Positions 52,448-62,617 of a DNA stretch of 64,000 nt are shown piece by piece. Position numbers and translations under genes: made by a program. The notes under the pieces are model-generated. The model saw only the letters and a program-made list of their open reading frames with translations, ran no database searches and had not been told where the DNA came from. This stretch comes from an uncultured Chloroflexia bacterium (GTDB lineage Bacteria; Chloroflexota; Limnocylindria; Limnocylindrales; CSP1-4): NCBI GenBank assembly GCA_963704935.1, contig CAVPIF010000003.1, positions 154,888 to 218,887 on the forward strand, given 5' to 3'. Every line of letters starts with the position of its first letter. Position 1 is the stretch's first letter.

Positions 52448-53236
52448 TCAGGGCTGGACGGCGATCAGGATCGCCCGTTCCGACCCGGGAGCCAGGGGAC
52501 TGAGGTCGTACCCACCGGCGATCACCTCGATGCGCAGGCCGGCGTCCTCGGTGAATCCCGCGAGCTCGTCTGCCGACACCAGTCGGAGCCGATCGCGTCG
52601 CAGCCAGCGGACCGGTGCCGCGCCCTGGAGTCCCTCCTCGTAGATGGAGGTGAGTGTCACCGTGCCGGTCGCGGCGTCGTGCTGCGCGGAGCCGGTCTTC
52701 GTCACCACCCGACCCGTCTCGGGATCGGTCCGCGGCCATTCCAGCATCACCCTGCCGTCGAAGCGCGCGAGATCCTCCGCGTCGGGCAGCCACACGTCCA
52801 GGACAGCGAGGCCGCCGGGCGCGAGGTGGTCCGCCATGGTCCGCACCGCGTCGCGCTGCGCGCTTCGGGTCGGCAGGAGCATGAGTGAGTTCAGGGCGAT
52901 GAACGCGAGTGCGTAGCGGCCCGCATCCGGCAGGCGGACGTCGCACATGTCCGCCGCGACGAACTCGATCTGCCCGTCGACGAGGCCGGCCGCTCGCGCC
53001 CGGGCGCGGCCACGCTCGAGCATGGCCGGGTCAAGGTCCACCGCGGTCACGCGGTGACCCGCCGCAGCGATCGGGACGCCGACGCGGCCGGTGCCCGCGG
53101 CGAGTTCGAGCACCAGGCCGTCGGCGCGGTCGGCGAGCGCGAGCCACAGATGCAGGTCTCCCGGGTCGTCCGCCAGGTCCAGGTCGTAGAACCGGGCCAG
53201 GGCGGCCGCCGTCTCCGCGTCCGGTCGGTCGAGCAC
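52448..53236 (-). CDS. class I SAM-dependent methyltransferase
   Basis: Motif I VLELAAGTGRVGV and VTAVDLDPAMLE. The start is uncertain. GTG 53236 is proposed, 13 nt after the speB stop; the longer track ORF overlaps speB. Confidence 0.72.
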   Translation of the reverse strand: MLDRPDAETAAALARFYDLDLADDPGDLHLWLALADRADGLVLELAAGTGRVGVPIAAAGHRVTAVDLDPAMLERGRARARAAGLVDGQIEFVAADMCDVRLPDAGRYALAFIALNSLMLLPTRSAQRDAVRTMADHLAPGGLAVLDVWLPDAEDLARFDGRVMLEWPRTDPETGRVVTKTGSAQHDAATGTVTLTSIYEEGLQGAAPVRWLRRDRLRLVSADELAGFTEDAGLRIEVIAGGYDLSPLAPGSERAILIAVQP

Positions 53237-53249
53237 TTCGTCGTCCAGG

Positions 53250-54383
53250 TCAGCCCGGATGGCCGTGCCGCTCCGGCGGTCCGGCGGGGAACCGGCTGGC
53301 GGCCGGTCGGCGGCCGGCCCAGCGCACGGGCTTCCCGGAGCGCTTCCGGATGGCCAGGGCGCTGATCGCCTCGAGGGCGGCGCGGTTGGCGGCCATGGAC
53401 GTGGTCTCGGCGTGGTCGTATGGCGGCGACACCTCCACGATGTCCATGCCGGCGAGGTCGACCGACAGGACGATCTGGCGGATGGCGCGCAGCACCTCAC
53501 GGGTGAGCATGCCGCCGGGCTCCGGCGTCCCGGTGCCGGGTGCCATGCCCGGATCGATGACGTCGATGTCGAGGCTGAGGTAGATGTAGTCGGGCCCATC
53601 CAGCGCCTCGTCGATCGCCTGGGCGACGACGGCCTCCGCGCCGCGCTCCTCGATCTCGCGCATGAAGTGGTAGCGGAACCCCTGCTCCTTCATCCACTCG
53701 AACGTGTCGACCGGCGGCCAGTAGCCGCGCAGACCGACCTGGACGAAGTTCTTGCCCTTCACCGCCCCAGACTCGACGAGCCGCCGCATCGGGGTGCCGT
53801 GGCCGGACAGGACGCCCCAGTCGTCCGGCGCGGTGTCCGCGTGTGCGTCGAAATGGACGATCCCGATGCTGCCCGGCGCCCGGACCTCGGCGACCGCGGA
53901 CGCGCTCGGCCAGGTGATCGAGTGGTCGCCGCCGAGCACGATCGGGATGGCACCGGTCTCGGCGACCTCGAGGACCTTCCGATAGATGAGGGCATGGGCG
54001 CGGTCGATCCAGGCCGGGATGATGTTCGCGTCCCCGGCGTCGACGACCTCAAGGACGTCGAACGGTTCGACGTCAAGCTGGAGCGAGTTGATCGATCCGG
54101 ACGTGTACTGCGCCTCGCGGATGGCCCGCGGCCCGAAGCGGGCGCCTGGTCGGTGGCTGACGGCGTCGTCGAACGGCGCTCCGATGATGGCGACGTCGGC
54201 CTTGCGACGACGGATCTCGGCGGCGTCCGTGATCCAGGGCAGCTTCATGAAGCTCGTCTGGCCGACGTAGGTCGGCAGGTCGAAGTCGTCGAACGTCTCG
54301 TACTCGCGATCCCAGCCGTTGGCGGCGGCATAGTCCGGCGCGGCAGCCGACGCGGTCGCGGGACGGTGTGGGCGCTTGGCCAC
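53250..54383 (-). CDS. speB: agmatinase/arginase-family ureohydrolase
   Basis: GTG 54383 with GGAGG 5 nt upstream. Mn-binding blocks GGDHSITWP, HFDAHADT and SLDIDVIDPGMAPGTGTPEPGG. Confidence 0.88.
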   Translation of the reverse strand: MAKRPHRPATASAAAPDYAAANGWDREYETFDDFDLPTYVGQTSFMKLPWITDAAEIRRRKADVAIIGAPFDDAVSHRPGARFGPRAIREAQYTSGSINSLQLDVEPFDVLEVVDAGDANIIPAWIDRAHALIYRKVLEVAETGAIPIVLGGDHSITWPSASAVAEVRAPGSIGIVHFDAHADTAPDDWGVLSGHGTPMRRLVESGAVKGKNFVQVGLRGYWPPVDTFEWMKEQGFRYHFMREIEERGAEAVVAQAIDEALDGPDYIYLSLDIDVIDPGMAPGTGTPEPGGMLTREVLRAIRQIVLSVDLAGMDIVEVSPPYDHAETTSMAANRAALEAISALAIRKRSGKPVRWAGRRPAASRFPAGPPERHGHPG

Positions 54384-54516
54384 GGGATCCTCCGGCAAAC
54401 GGTCGCCCCGGGTCCGACCCGGGTGCGCAAGGCACCGTCTTGCTACGGGGCGCCGCCGGTTCGCGTTCGATCGTCCAGCGGGGCGCGTCGAGGGATGGTA
54501 GCACCGGTCCGGCCGG

Positions 54517-55785
54517 TCATCCCGTCCCCGGGTCGGCTGCGGAGGAGGCCGCGGCCGTGGCCGCGTGCTGGCTCCGACCCTTCGTGGCCTCGCGGAACGC
54601 CGCCCAGGCCGACTCGACGAGGGTCGGGTCGACGAACAGGTCGTACGCGGTCTGGGCCACGAGTGTCGCGGCGAGGAGGGTCGTCTCGTCCGCCCTGGGC
54701 GTCGCCGCCGCATCCCGAAAACGCGTCGAATGCGCAGGCACGCCGACCTCGCAGATGGCGAGGTCCGGGTGGATCGTCGGGCAGACCCAGCTGACATTCG
54801 CCATGTCCGTGCTTCCGGCGTTGAGGTCGTCCCCCATGTCCGCCACGCCGTAGGCCGCCATATTCGCCCGGAACCGCTCGGCGAGGACCGGGTTGTTCAC
54901 CATCGTGGCCGACCAGCCGGAGAAGGCGACGTCCACCTCCGTCCCCGACGCAAGTGCCGCGGCCCGGCACATGGCCTCGAACACTTCGCGCATCCGGGCG
55001 TAGTCCGCGACGTCGTCGCTTCGCAGCATGAACCAGGCGGAAGCGCGGTCCGGGATGATGTTGGCGGCCGTCCCACCCTCGCGGATGATCCCGTGGACGC
55101 GTGCCGTGGGTCGGAGTTGCTGCCGCCACAGGCCGACAGAGCTGAACAGCAGGATCAGGGCGTCGAGCGCGTTCCGTCCCATCCATGGGTCGGCCGACGC
55201 ATGGGCCTGCAGTCCGGTGAACACGACGTCCACGTCCTCCGAGGCGAGCGGATGGCTCTCGACGTGGTCCCGGTCGCATGGGTGATACAGGAGGGCCGCG
55301 TCCAGCCCGTCGAACAGGCCGTCGTCGATCATGATCTGCTTGCCGCTGCCCCGCTCCTCGGCCGGCGTCCCGAGGAACACGATCTCGCCGGGGAGCTCGT
55401 CGGCGATCGTGGCCAGGGCGATGGCCGCCCCGACGCCGGACGCCGCCATCGTGTTGTGACCGCATCCATGGCCGAGCCCGGGCAGCGCGTCGTACTCGGC
55501 GAGGATCCCGATCCGGGGACCCGACCCGCCGCGACCGCCGCGGCGCACCGCCCGGATCGCCGTCCCGAGGCTGCCTGCAGGATGTTCCACGTCGTACCCA
55601 TGGGCCCGGAGCGCCTCCGCGACCCAGGTCGCCGCCTGCGTCTCCTCGAAGGCCGGCTCCGGGTGCGCGTGGATCCGATGCGACAGCTCCAGGATCTCAG
55701 GCCGCGCTGTCTCGATGGCGGCGGCGAGGCGCGCCTTGCCCTCGGCGTGGGGTTCGGCGGGACGGGTCACGAGCAGATCGGGCAT
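54517..55785 (-). CDS. M20-family amidohydrolase (AbgB/hippurate-hydrolase-like)
   Basis: ATG 55785 with GGAGGAG upstream. Blocks HAHPEPAFEE, LAEYDALPGLGHGCGHN and GTPAEE. Confidence 0.87.
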   Translation of the reverse strand: MPDLLVTRPAEPHAEGKARLAAAIETARPEILELSHRIHAHPEPAFEETQAATWVAEALRAHGYDVEHPAGSLGTAIRAVRRGGRGGSGPRIGILAEYDALPGLGHGCGHNTMAASGVGAAIALATIADELPGEIVFLGTPAEERGSGKQIMIDDGLFDGLDAALLYHPCDRDHVESHPLASEDVDVVFTGLQAHASADPWMGRNALDALILLFSSVGLWRQQLRPTARVHGIIREGGTAANIIPDRASAWFMLRSDDVADYARMREVFEAMCRAAALASGTEVDVAFSGWSATMVNNPVLAERFRANMAAYGVADMGDDLNAGSTDMANVSWVCPTIHPDLAICEVGVPAHSTRFRDAAATPRADETTLLAATLVAQTAYDLFVDPTLVESAWAAFREATKGRSQHAATAAASSAADPGTG

Positions 55786-55926
55786 GGACGCTCCTCCGGC
55801 AGCCGGTCGGGATGGGTGAGGTCGGGCCCGGAGAGCGTATACCCGACGACCACTGTGCTGCCGGGCGACGCGGTGATCCGGGCATGAGCCGCTCACCAGG
55901 GACGGCTCGCCGCGGGCGAGCCGCGG

Positions 55927-56301
55927 TCATCGCTCCGTGGAGAGCGTGGCCTCCGCCACCGCCGTGAGGGCCAGGATGAAGAGCGCGATCGGCAGTTCCA
56001 GCGCGCCCTGCAGCCGGAGCACGATGAAGACGGCGACGATGAGACCGACCCACGCCCCGCGACGGCCGGCCCTCGCCCAGTCGCCGCGATATGGGACCCC
56101 ACGGTGGCGACCGAACACGAGCAGCCACCAGACCGGGATCGTCGTCAGGGCGATGGCCAGCCCGATCAGCGCCGCTCCGAGAAACCCCGCGACCGGGTCC
56201 GCGATCGGGTCGCGCGTCGTGACGACGAGTCCGACCAGGACCCAGATGACGGCAGCCGCGGCGAAGATGCCCAGGTTCGCGAGGCGGTCGCGCCGTTCCA
56301 T
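55927..56301 (-). CDS. hypothetical 4-TM membrane protein
   Basis: ATG 56301 (MERRDRLANLGIFAAAAVIWVLVGLVV...). About four hydrophobic helices. No family recognised. Confidence 0.5.
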   Translation of the reverse strand: MERRDRLANLGIFAAAAVIWVLVGLVVTTRDPIADPVAGFLGAALIGLAIALTTIPVWWLLVFGRHRGVPYRGDWARAGRRGAWVGLIVAVFIVLRLQGALELPIALFILALTAVAEATLSTER

Positions 56302-56333
56302 CGCTACCGAGTCTAGGCCGTCCGGGGCGACGT

Positions 56334-59300
56334 CTATCGGCCGGTCCGCGTCCCGCCGGCGCTCGAGGGGCAGATGTCGCGGAACGCGCACCAGGTGCAG
56401 GCGAGCTGGTCTGGCGTCGCTGCGTAGTCCCGCCGGCGGATCCCGGCCGCGGCGGTCGCGATCTTGTCGCGCGCCTTGGCGAGTCGCTTTGGGTCCACCG
56501 CGACCTTGCCGACGAGCCCGGACTCCAGGAAGTGGAGGGCGATCGCGTCCGGAAGCCGGCCGGTCATCGCCTCGTAGCCCATCGCGTAGATCTGGAGCTG
56601 GAGCGAATCTCGCGCGCGCTGTCGAGCCCGGGCGGGATCGCGCACGTCCGATGACTTGTAGTCCGTGATCGTTACCCGCTCGGGGCCCAGGATCCCGAGG
56701 GTCGGGCTGACGACATCGGCTGACTGGGTCGCTTCAGCCACCTCGGCCACGGACCCTGCCGGTTCGTTGGCGCCAGCAGCCGCGCTGAGACGCTCGACAT
56801 CGACCCGGTCCCAGCGACCGCGGACCCGGTCCCCACCCAGCATGAAGCTGAACTCGCGCTCGACGTAGGTCGGGATCACCGCTCCGGGCTGCAACTGCTC
56901 CTCGCGGAACCGGCGCAGCGCCGCGCGGCCGGCGGCGAGCCGCGCCTCTTCGTGCTCCCGGCTGACGAAGCCCTCGTTGGACCAGGCCGAGTCGAGGACC
57001 TCGTCCAGCTCCAGCTCGGACATCACGTGTCCGCGGGCGTGCTGGTGGTGGAAGAGCTGGACGGCCTTGTGGAGCGCGGCGCCGTACACGATGGCGTGGT
57101 GCGGAGCCAGCGGGACCCGGAGGACGTGGGCGTACTGGTACTTGCGCGGGCAAGTCAGGTAGTCATCCACCTGGTAGAAGCTGAGCGACAGCGGCTCGAG
57201 GATCGGGCCCCGGACCGCCGGCACCGGGCTGTCCGCCGCGGCGTATGCCGACAATCGATCCTCGGCCGAGACCGCCCGAACGCCGCGGACCGGGTCGGCG
57301 CTGGCCGGCGGCAGGTCAAGGGCCTCCAGCACGAACGGCGAGATCCGGCGGGACCGTGCGCCGCCGTAGTCGACCGCATGTGACAGCACGAGCTCGTCGC
57401 GTGCCCGGGTCATCGCCACGTAGAACAGCCGTCGCTCCTCGGCGAGCGATCGTTCCGACGATGTCGCTTCGCCACGACCCAGGCCGACCGGGAGAGCGAG
57501 CGGTTCACCGCGGCCGTTGCCCGGAAACCGACCGGCGACGAGACCCGGCAGGTAGACGACGGAAAACTCGAGCCCCTTGGCCTTGTGCACGGTCAGGACG
57601 GCGACCGCGTTGGCATCGGGATCGAGGTCCGCCGTCGCGGGGTCGTCGCCGGCCTCGACGAGCGTCTGCAGGTGGCGGGCCACGAAGACGGCTCGGTCAT
57701 CGGCCAGCAACCCCGACTGCGCCCGGACGATATCGAAGAACCGGGCGACGTTTCCGAGCCCCTCGTCGGCGCCGCTGGCGCCGGAGGCGGCCAGGCGCGC
57801 AAGCAGGCCGCTCTCGCGGAGGAACGCGTAGAGCACCTCCCCGGCCGGGCGTTCGCTCGCCATCGTCCCGTAGCGGGCGAGGTCGCCGATCAGACGGTGC
57901 ACCGCCTCCCGGGTCGCCGGCGCGACCCGGAGGATCCCCGGCTGCCGGTCCAGTTCTTCCATGACCTCGCGCACGGACCGGTTGCGCCGCCGCGCGGCGT
58001 TGACGATCGCGGTCAGGTCCGCACCGGCGACCCCATAGACATCGGACGCGGCGAGGGCGTAGAGGTCGACGCTCGAATCCTGGTCCGCCACCGTCCGCAG
58101 GAAGGCCATGAGCAGACGGACTTCGGGCCGGGCGTAGAGGCCGGATGAGCCCGAGAATCGCCATGGGATACCGGCGACGTTGAGCGACCGCAGGATCGGA
58201 TCGGCGTGTCCGTTGGCCCGGACCAACACCGCATGATCGCGCGGCTGTGCCCCTTCGCCGAGGCGGCGGCCGATGTCCGCGGCGATCCAGTCCGCCTCCT
58301 CTGAACCGGTCGCGAAGGCCTCCAGGCGCACTGGGGCCGGTGCCGGTTCTCGACGGACCGGCCGCAGCCGCTTCACGACCCCGGTCCGAACCTCCAGCCG
58401 GTCCGGATCGTTGAACCGGACAAGCCGGTACGACGCGTCCAGGATCGGCGCCAGCGAGCGGTAGTTCCGGCGCAGCACGACAGTCCGGGCTCCGGGGAAT
58501 CGCGCCTCGAAGTCGAGGATGTTGTCCACCGCCGCGCCACGGAACGCGTAGATCGCCTGGTCGTCGTCGCCGACGACGGTGACGTTGCGATGCGACCCGG
58601 CGAGCAGCGTCACGAGCTCCGCCTGGGCTCGGTTGGTGTCCTGGAACTCGTCCACCAGGATGTACCGGTAGCGACCCGCGATGCTGCTGCGCGCAGCTGG
58701 CGAGTCCCGAACGAGCCGGAGCGCGAGGGCGACCTGGTCGCCGAAGTCGATGAACCCGTTGGCGGCCATGAGCTCCTGGTACGTCGCGTACGCACGACCC
58801 AGTTCGGCCTGGCGGCGGGCGTCCTCGGCGAGGGCGTCTGCGACATCACGATCGGCCTCGTTCGCTGCCGCTTCCAGGACCCCGGCGGCGTGCGACGCAT
58901 AGTCCGCCGGGGTGACGTCCTCGTCCTTGCAGCGGCTGAACAGCATGGCGAGCGCGGACAGGAACCGAGTGGGGTTGCCGAGGGGTCGGTATGCGTCCAG
59001 GTCGAAGTCGTAGAGGTGCTCGCGCAGGAAGATGACGACCTCGGGGCGACTGAGCACGCGCGTGTCCGGTGGGAGACCGAGTTCCAGCGCGTGCTCGCGG
59101 ATGAGTCGATCCCCGAAGGCGTGGAACGTCGAGATCTGGGTGTCCGTGTAGCCATACGGCACGAGCTGGTCCACCCGGGTCGACATCTCGTCCGCGGCCT
59201 TGTCCGTGAACGTCAGCGCCAGGATCTCCGATGGGTGTGCCCGTCGCGAGGCGATCAGCCAGGCGATCCGTCTGGTGATGACCTGCGTCTTGCCAGTGCC

Positions 59301-59426
59301 GGCGCCCGCGATCACCAGCATCGGGCCGTCCTCGTGCGTCACGGCGCGAAGCTGGTCCGGGTTGAGCCCTCCGAGCAACGCTTCCATCCCGACCGGGTGA
59401 CGAGGCTTCGCAAGTGCCGGGTCCAT
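56334..59426 (-). CDS. UvrD/PcrA-type SF1 helicase fused to a C-terminal PD-(D/E)XK nuclease with a 4-Cys (Cas4/AddB-like) cluster
   Basis: Walker A AGAGTGKT, ILVDEFQDTN, and helicase motifs through VMTRARD. Nuclease blocks GRWDRVD, ITDYKS and QLQIY. Cysteines CPRKY plus CTWCAFRDIC. The start ATG 59426 is proposed; the upstream track extension overlaps the DUF4446 gene. Confidence 0.87.
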   Translation of the reverse strand: MDPALAKPRHPVGMEALLGGLNPDQLRAVTHEDGPMLVIAGAGTGKTQVITRRIAWLIASRRAHPSEILALTFTDKAADEMSTRVDQLVPYGYTDTQISTFHAFGDRLIREHALELGLPPDTRVLSRPEVVIFLREHLYDFDLDAYRPLGNPTRFLSALAMLFSRCKDEDVTPADYASHAAGVLEAAANEADRDVADALAEDARRQAELGRAYATYQELMAANGFIDFGDQVALALRLVRDSPAARSSIAGRYRYILVDEFQDTNRAQAELVTLLAGSHRNVTVVGDDDQAIYAFRGAAVDNILDFEARFPGARTVVLRRNYRSLAPILDASYRLVRFNDPDRLEVRTGVVKRLRPVRREPAPAPVRLEAFATGSEEADWIAADIGRRLGEGAQPRDHAVLVRANGHADPILRSLNVAGIPWRFSGSSGLYARPEVRLLMAFLRTVADQDSSVDLYALAASDVYGVAGADLTAIVNAARRRNRSVREVMEELDRQPGILRVAPATREAVHRLIGDLARYGTMASERPAGEVLYAFLRESGLLARLAASGASGADEGLGNVARFFDIVRAQSGLLADDRAVFVARHLQTLVEAGDDPATADLDPDANAVAVLTVHKAKGLEFSVVYLPGLVAGRFPGNGRGEPLALPVGLGRGEATSSERSLAEERRLFYVAMTRARDELVLSHAVDYGGARSRRISPFVLEALDLPPASADPVRGVRAVSAEDRLSAYAAADSPVPAVRGPILEPLSLSFYQVDDYLTCPRKYQYAHVLRVPLAPHHAIVYGAALHKAVQLFHHQHARGHVMSELELDEVLDSAWSNEGFVSREHEEARLAAGRAALRRFREEQLQPGAVIPTYVEREFSFMLGGDRVRGRWDRVDVERLSAAAGANEPAGSVAEVAEATQSADVVSPTLGILGPERVTITDYKSSDVRDPARARQRARDSLQLQIYAMGYEAMTGRLPDAIALHFLESGLVGKVAVDPKRLAKARDKIATAAAGIRRRDYAATPDQLACTWCAFRDICPSSAGGTRTGR

Positions 59427-59583
59427 GACCGGCACCAGTTCGCCCCAGGCGGGGATCTGCTCGAGCGGCGAGGGTTCCCGCCGACGCGGCCGCGTCGGGC
59501 TACGAGTCACGGACGGGATCCGGGGGGCGTGGACGGTGGGGGCCATGCACGGAGCATCGCGGCCGCCCGTGACACCTAGGCTG

Positions 59584-60120
59584 TCAGGCGGTCGCCTGGC
59601 GAAGCGCGGCCGATTCCTCCTCGGACAACGCGGTCTCCGATCGACCGCCAGCGATCGCCTTGGCATAGACGCGGGTGCCGGACCGAGCGTGCAGGGACGA
59701 CAGGACCCAGCCGTCTCCGTCGGCGTCGAGCAGCGCCAGGGCGAAGCTCTGGTTGCCGCCCGTCTCCTCGAATGGGTTGTAGCGCACCAGCCCGACCCGG
59801 CTGAACGCCTTGCGACCGGCGGCCTCGAGGACCGCCGTCCGGGCGGCGAGGTCGTCCAGGTCGCGCGCGACGCCGAAGACCTTCTCGAGATGCGCCTCCA
59901 GGACCGCCTCCAGCGTTCCGCCGTCGTCGCCGCGGGTGAGACCGTGCAGGCGACCGCCCAGTGACCGGACGCGTCGGACGAGCCAGGCGACGAGCAGGAC
60001 GAGCACCACGACGACGATCGCCAGGGCGACGACGATCGCCTCGACATTCGGTCCGATGCTGGCGCTGAGATCGATGTCCTGGGTCCTCCCTGACGGCCGG
60101 CCGAGTCTAGCAGGGGGCAC
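59584..60120 (-). CDS. DUF4446-like membrane-anchored protein
   Basis: N-terminal TM (IVVALAIVVVVLVLLVAWLV), then VGLVRYNPFEETGGNQSFALALLD. GTG 60120 is a tentative start. The longer track ORF would translate the repeat region as GPGPGRG junk. Confidence 0.58.
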   Translation of the reverse strand: MPPARLGRPSGRTQDIDLSASIGPNVEAIVVALAIVVVVLVLLVAWLVRRVRSLGGRLHGLTRGDDGGTLEAVLEAHLEKVFGVARDLDDLAARTAVLEAAGRKAFSRVGLVRYNPFEETGGNQSFALALLDADGDGWVLSSLHARSGTRVYAKAIAGGRSETALSEEESAALRQATA

Positions 60121-60182
60121 TGGCCCGCCATGTATCAGGCCCGTGATCAGCGTCGGCTCGACGCGGCTTGGCGGTCCGCGGC

Positions 60183-60340
60183 CTGGGCCTGGGCCCGGAC
60201 TTGGGCCGGTGTGCCGGTGTGCGCCGCGGCCGGGACCTGGGCCGCGTGTGCGCGCATGGGCCGGTGTGCGCCTGGGCCGGTGTGCGCGCATGGGCCGGTG
60301 TGCGCCGATGGGCCGCGGCCGGGGCCTGGGCCGCGTCGGT
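60183..60340. repeat. imperfect short direct repeats (core TGGGCCGGTGTGCGC, about 6 copies) in a 535-nt non-coding gap
   Basis: Core copies are at 60202, 60257, 60273 and 60291, with degenerate copies at about 60237, 60309 and 60326. The embedded palindrome TGCGCGCA occurs twice. Confidence 0.75.
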
Positions 60341-60655
60341 GCGACGCGATCTTCGGATGAACCCCTCGTCGATGGTTGCGCAAACGACACGAACCGTCAG
60401 ATGGCGTCCGGTGCCACGCGCATTCGTGCCGGGATCGCGTCGGTGCGGCGCGGCGCATCAGGTCCGGTGCGGCGCGATGCCCACGGCATCTGCGCCGCCC
60501 GCGTCGCCCACGGCACCCGCGGGCCGTCGTCCTGCCACACACGCGCCCCATGCAGGACTGTCCGGGTCGGAGTGCTATCCTCTGGCGCTGGCGGCACCTG
60601 ATCCGGCGCGCGGCGCCCATGAGACCGCCGCCGGCCAGGAGGACGTTCCCGGATC

Positions 60656-61054
60656 ATGGCGAAACGAGCACGCGGCAGCACCACAAGACCGGGCCAGCGT
60701 GCCCCGCTCCAGCGTGGTCCCACCGTCGGCCGGGCCGCCGTCAGTCCGGCGATGACCCCACGACCGGCGACCCTCACCGCCGAGGAAGAGGCCCGCGCCG
60801 CGGCTCTCGAGGCCGAGATCCTGGCGGAGGAGAAGTCGGCCGAAGTGGCAGCACGCTTGACCCGCGAGCGCGGCCGCCGTGCACCGGACGGCGAGGCGAC
60901 GACCAGGCCGGGATCGATCGCGCTGCGTGCGTCGCAGGAGTACGCCTACGTCGGGCGGGATGTGCGACGGATCGTGAGGATCGGCGGCTCGATGCTCGGG
61001 ATCCTGCTCGGACTGTGGATCGTCGTCCAGGCGACCGGCATCGGGCCGTTCTGA
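60656..61054 (+). CDS. hypothetical tail-anchored membrane protein
   Basis: AGGAGG lies 13 nt upstream of the ATG. A charged helical segment (TAEEEARAAALEAEILAEEKSAEVAARL) and a C-terminal TM (MLGILLGLWIVVQATGIGPF). It is 42 nt upstream of rarA. Confidence 0.45.
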   Translation: MAKRARGSTTRPGQRAPLQRGPTVGRAAVSPAMTPRPATLTAEEEARAAALEAEILAEEKSAEVAARLTRERGRRAPDGEATTRPGSIALRASQEYAYVGRDVRRIVRIGGSMLGILLGLWIVVQATGIGPF

Positions 61055-61096
61055 CCCGCTGACGCGGGCACCGCCCGCGCGTACCATCTGACGGCC

Positions 61097-62590
61097 ATGC
61101 CCGCTCCACGACGCCCGGTCGGTGCGCGACCCGAAGCCCTGTTCCAGCCTCCGCCGGAACGGCAGCCGCTCGCCGCACGGATGCGCCCCCGGAGCCTCGA
61201 GGAGTTCGTCGGACAGGAGCATCTCGTCGGCGAGCGCGGCCCGCTCCGCCGCAGCATCGCCCGCGGCCATCTCGCCTCGCTCCTGTTGTGGGGCCCGCCC
61301 GGCACCGGCAAGACGAGCCTTGCCCGGCTACTCGCCGCTGAGATCGGCGCGCACTTCTCCACGATCAGCGCGGTCATGGCCGGCGTGGCCGACGTGCGCA
61401 CCCTCATCGCCGAAGCCCAGGACCGGATCTCGCTTCACGGCACGCGAACCGTCCTCTTCCTCGACGAGATCCATCGGTTCAACAAGGCCCAGCAGGACGC
61501 CCTCCTCCCCCACGTCGAGGACGGCACGATCACCCTCGTCGGTGCCACGACGGAGAACCCGTACTTCGAAGTGAACGCCGCGCTGCTGTCGCGGATGCGG
61601 GTCTGGCGCCTCGAGCCGCTGACCGATGACGAGGTGGCGACCGTCGTCCGCCGAGCGCTCGCCGACGAGGAGCGCGGCCTGGCCGGGCCGCTCGGGCCCG
61701 ACGGCGGCGTCGCCCTCGCCGAGGCGGCGTTCGAGCATCTCGTCGGCCTCGCCGGTGGCGACGCCCGGGCGGCGCTGAACGTGCTGGAGGGAGCGGTCGC
61801 ACTCGCCGAATCGGAAGGCATCCGGGAAGGCGGCGGGCACATCGCCCCGCGCCTGGAGGACGTCGAGGCCGCCGCCCAGCAGCGCATCCTCGGCTATGAC
61901 CGCGCCGGCGACGGCCACTACGACACCGCCTCGGCGTTCATCAAGAGCCTGCGCGGCAATGACCCGGACGCCGCGCTGTACTGGCTCGCTGCGATGATCG
62001 CGGCCGGCGAGGATCCCCGCTTCATCGCCCGGCGGCTGATCATCAGCGCGTCCGAGGATGTCGGCAACGCCGACCCGCGCGCCCTCCAGGTCGCCGTCGC
62101 GGCGGCCCAGGCACTCGACCACATCGGCCTTCCCGAAGCTCAGTACGCACTGGCCCAGGCCACGACCTACCTGGCTACGGCGCCGAAGTCGAATCGCAGC
62201 GGCTCGGCGTTCTTCGCGGCGGCCGCGGACGTCGAGGCGCGGGGATCCCTCCCGGTGCCACTCCACCTCCGCAACGCCGCGCATCGCGGCATGAAGCAGC
62301 ACGGGATCGGCGTCGGCTACAAGTATTCGCACGATTTCGAGGGCGCCGACGTGGCGCAGCAGTACCTGCCCGATGGTCTGGCGGATCGGCGCTACTACCT
62401 GCCGACGGACCAGGGATACGAGGCGACGATCGCGAACCGGATCGCGGCCCGGACGGAGGCGCGAGCCGGCGGCCGCCCGCGGCGGGACCCGAACCCCAAG
62501 CCGGAGATCTCGGGCGGCGGCGACCTCATGCGGACCCGAGAGGCCAGCCGCAAGAGGCTCGCCGAGACCGAGAAGCGCGACGCCGAATAG
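61097..62590 (+). CDS. rarA: replication-associated recombination protein A (MgsA/WRNIP1-type AAA+ ATPase)
   Basis: [22 protein letters not shown], and the C-terminal MgsA domain ([32 protein letters not shown]). Extra basic tail. Confidence 0.95.
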   Translation: MPAPRRPVGARPEALFQPPPERQPLAARMRPRSLEEFVGQEHLVGERGPLRRSIARGHLASLLLWGPPGTGKTSLARLLAAEIGAHFSTISAVMAGVADVRTLIAEAQDRISLHGTRTVLFLDEIHRFNKAQQDALLPHVEDGTITLVGATTENPYFEVNAALLSRMRVWRLEPLTDDEVATVVRRALADEERGLAGPLGPDGGVALAEAAFEHLVGLAGGDARAALNVLEGAVALAESEGIREGGGHIAPRLEDVEAAAQQRILGYDRAGDGHYDTASAFIKSLRGNDPDAALYWLAAMIAAGEDPRFIARRLIISASEDVGNADPRALQVAVAAAQALDHIGLPEAQYALAQATTYLATAPKSNRSGSAFFAAAADVEARGSLPVPLHLRNAAHRGMKQHGIGVGYKYSHDFEGADVAQQYLPDGLADRRYYLPTDQGYEATIANRIAARTEARAGGRPRRDPNPKPEISGGGDLMRTREASRKRLAETEKRDAE

Positions 62591-62617
62591 CCATCGGTCC
62601 GCGGTCGGCGGCAGGCC

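Noticed and set aside
60183-60340. Possible CRISPR array.
   Set aside because: The units are only about 15-19 nt, directly abutting or separated by 1-4 nt with no spacers, and imperfect. No cas genes are in the window.
60459-60467. CAGGTCCGG, resembling the SRP RNA domain IV core.
   Set aside because: The adjoining conserved GGAAGCAGC half and the symmetric-loop context are absent.
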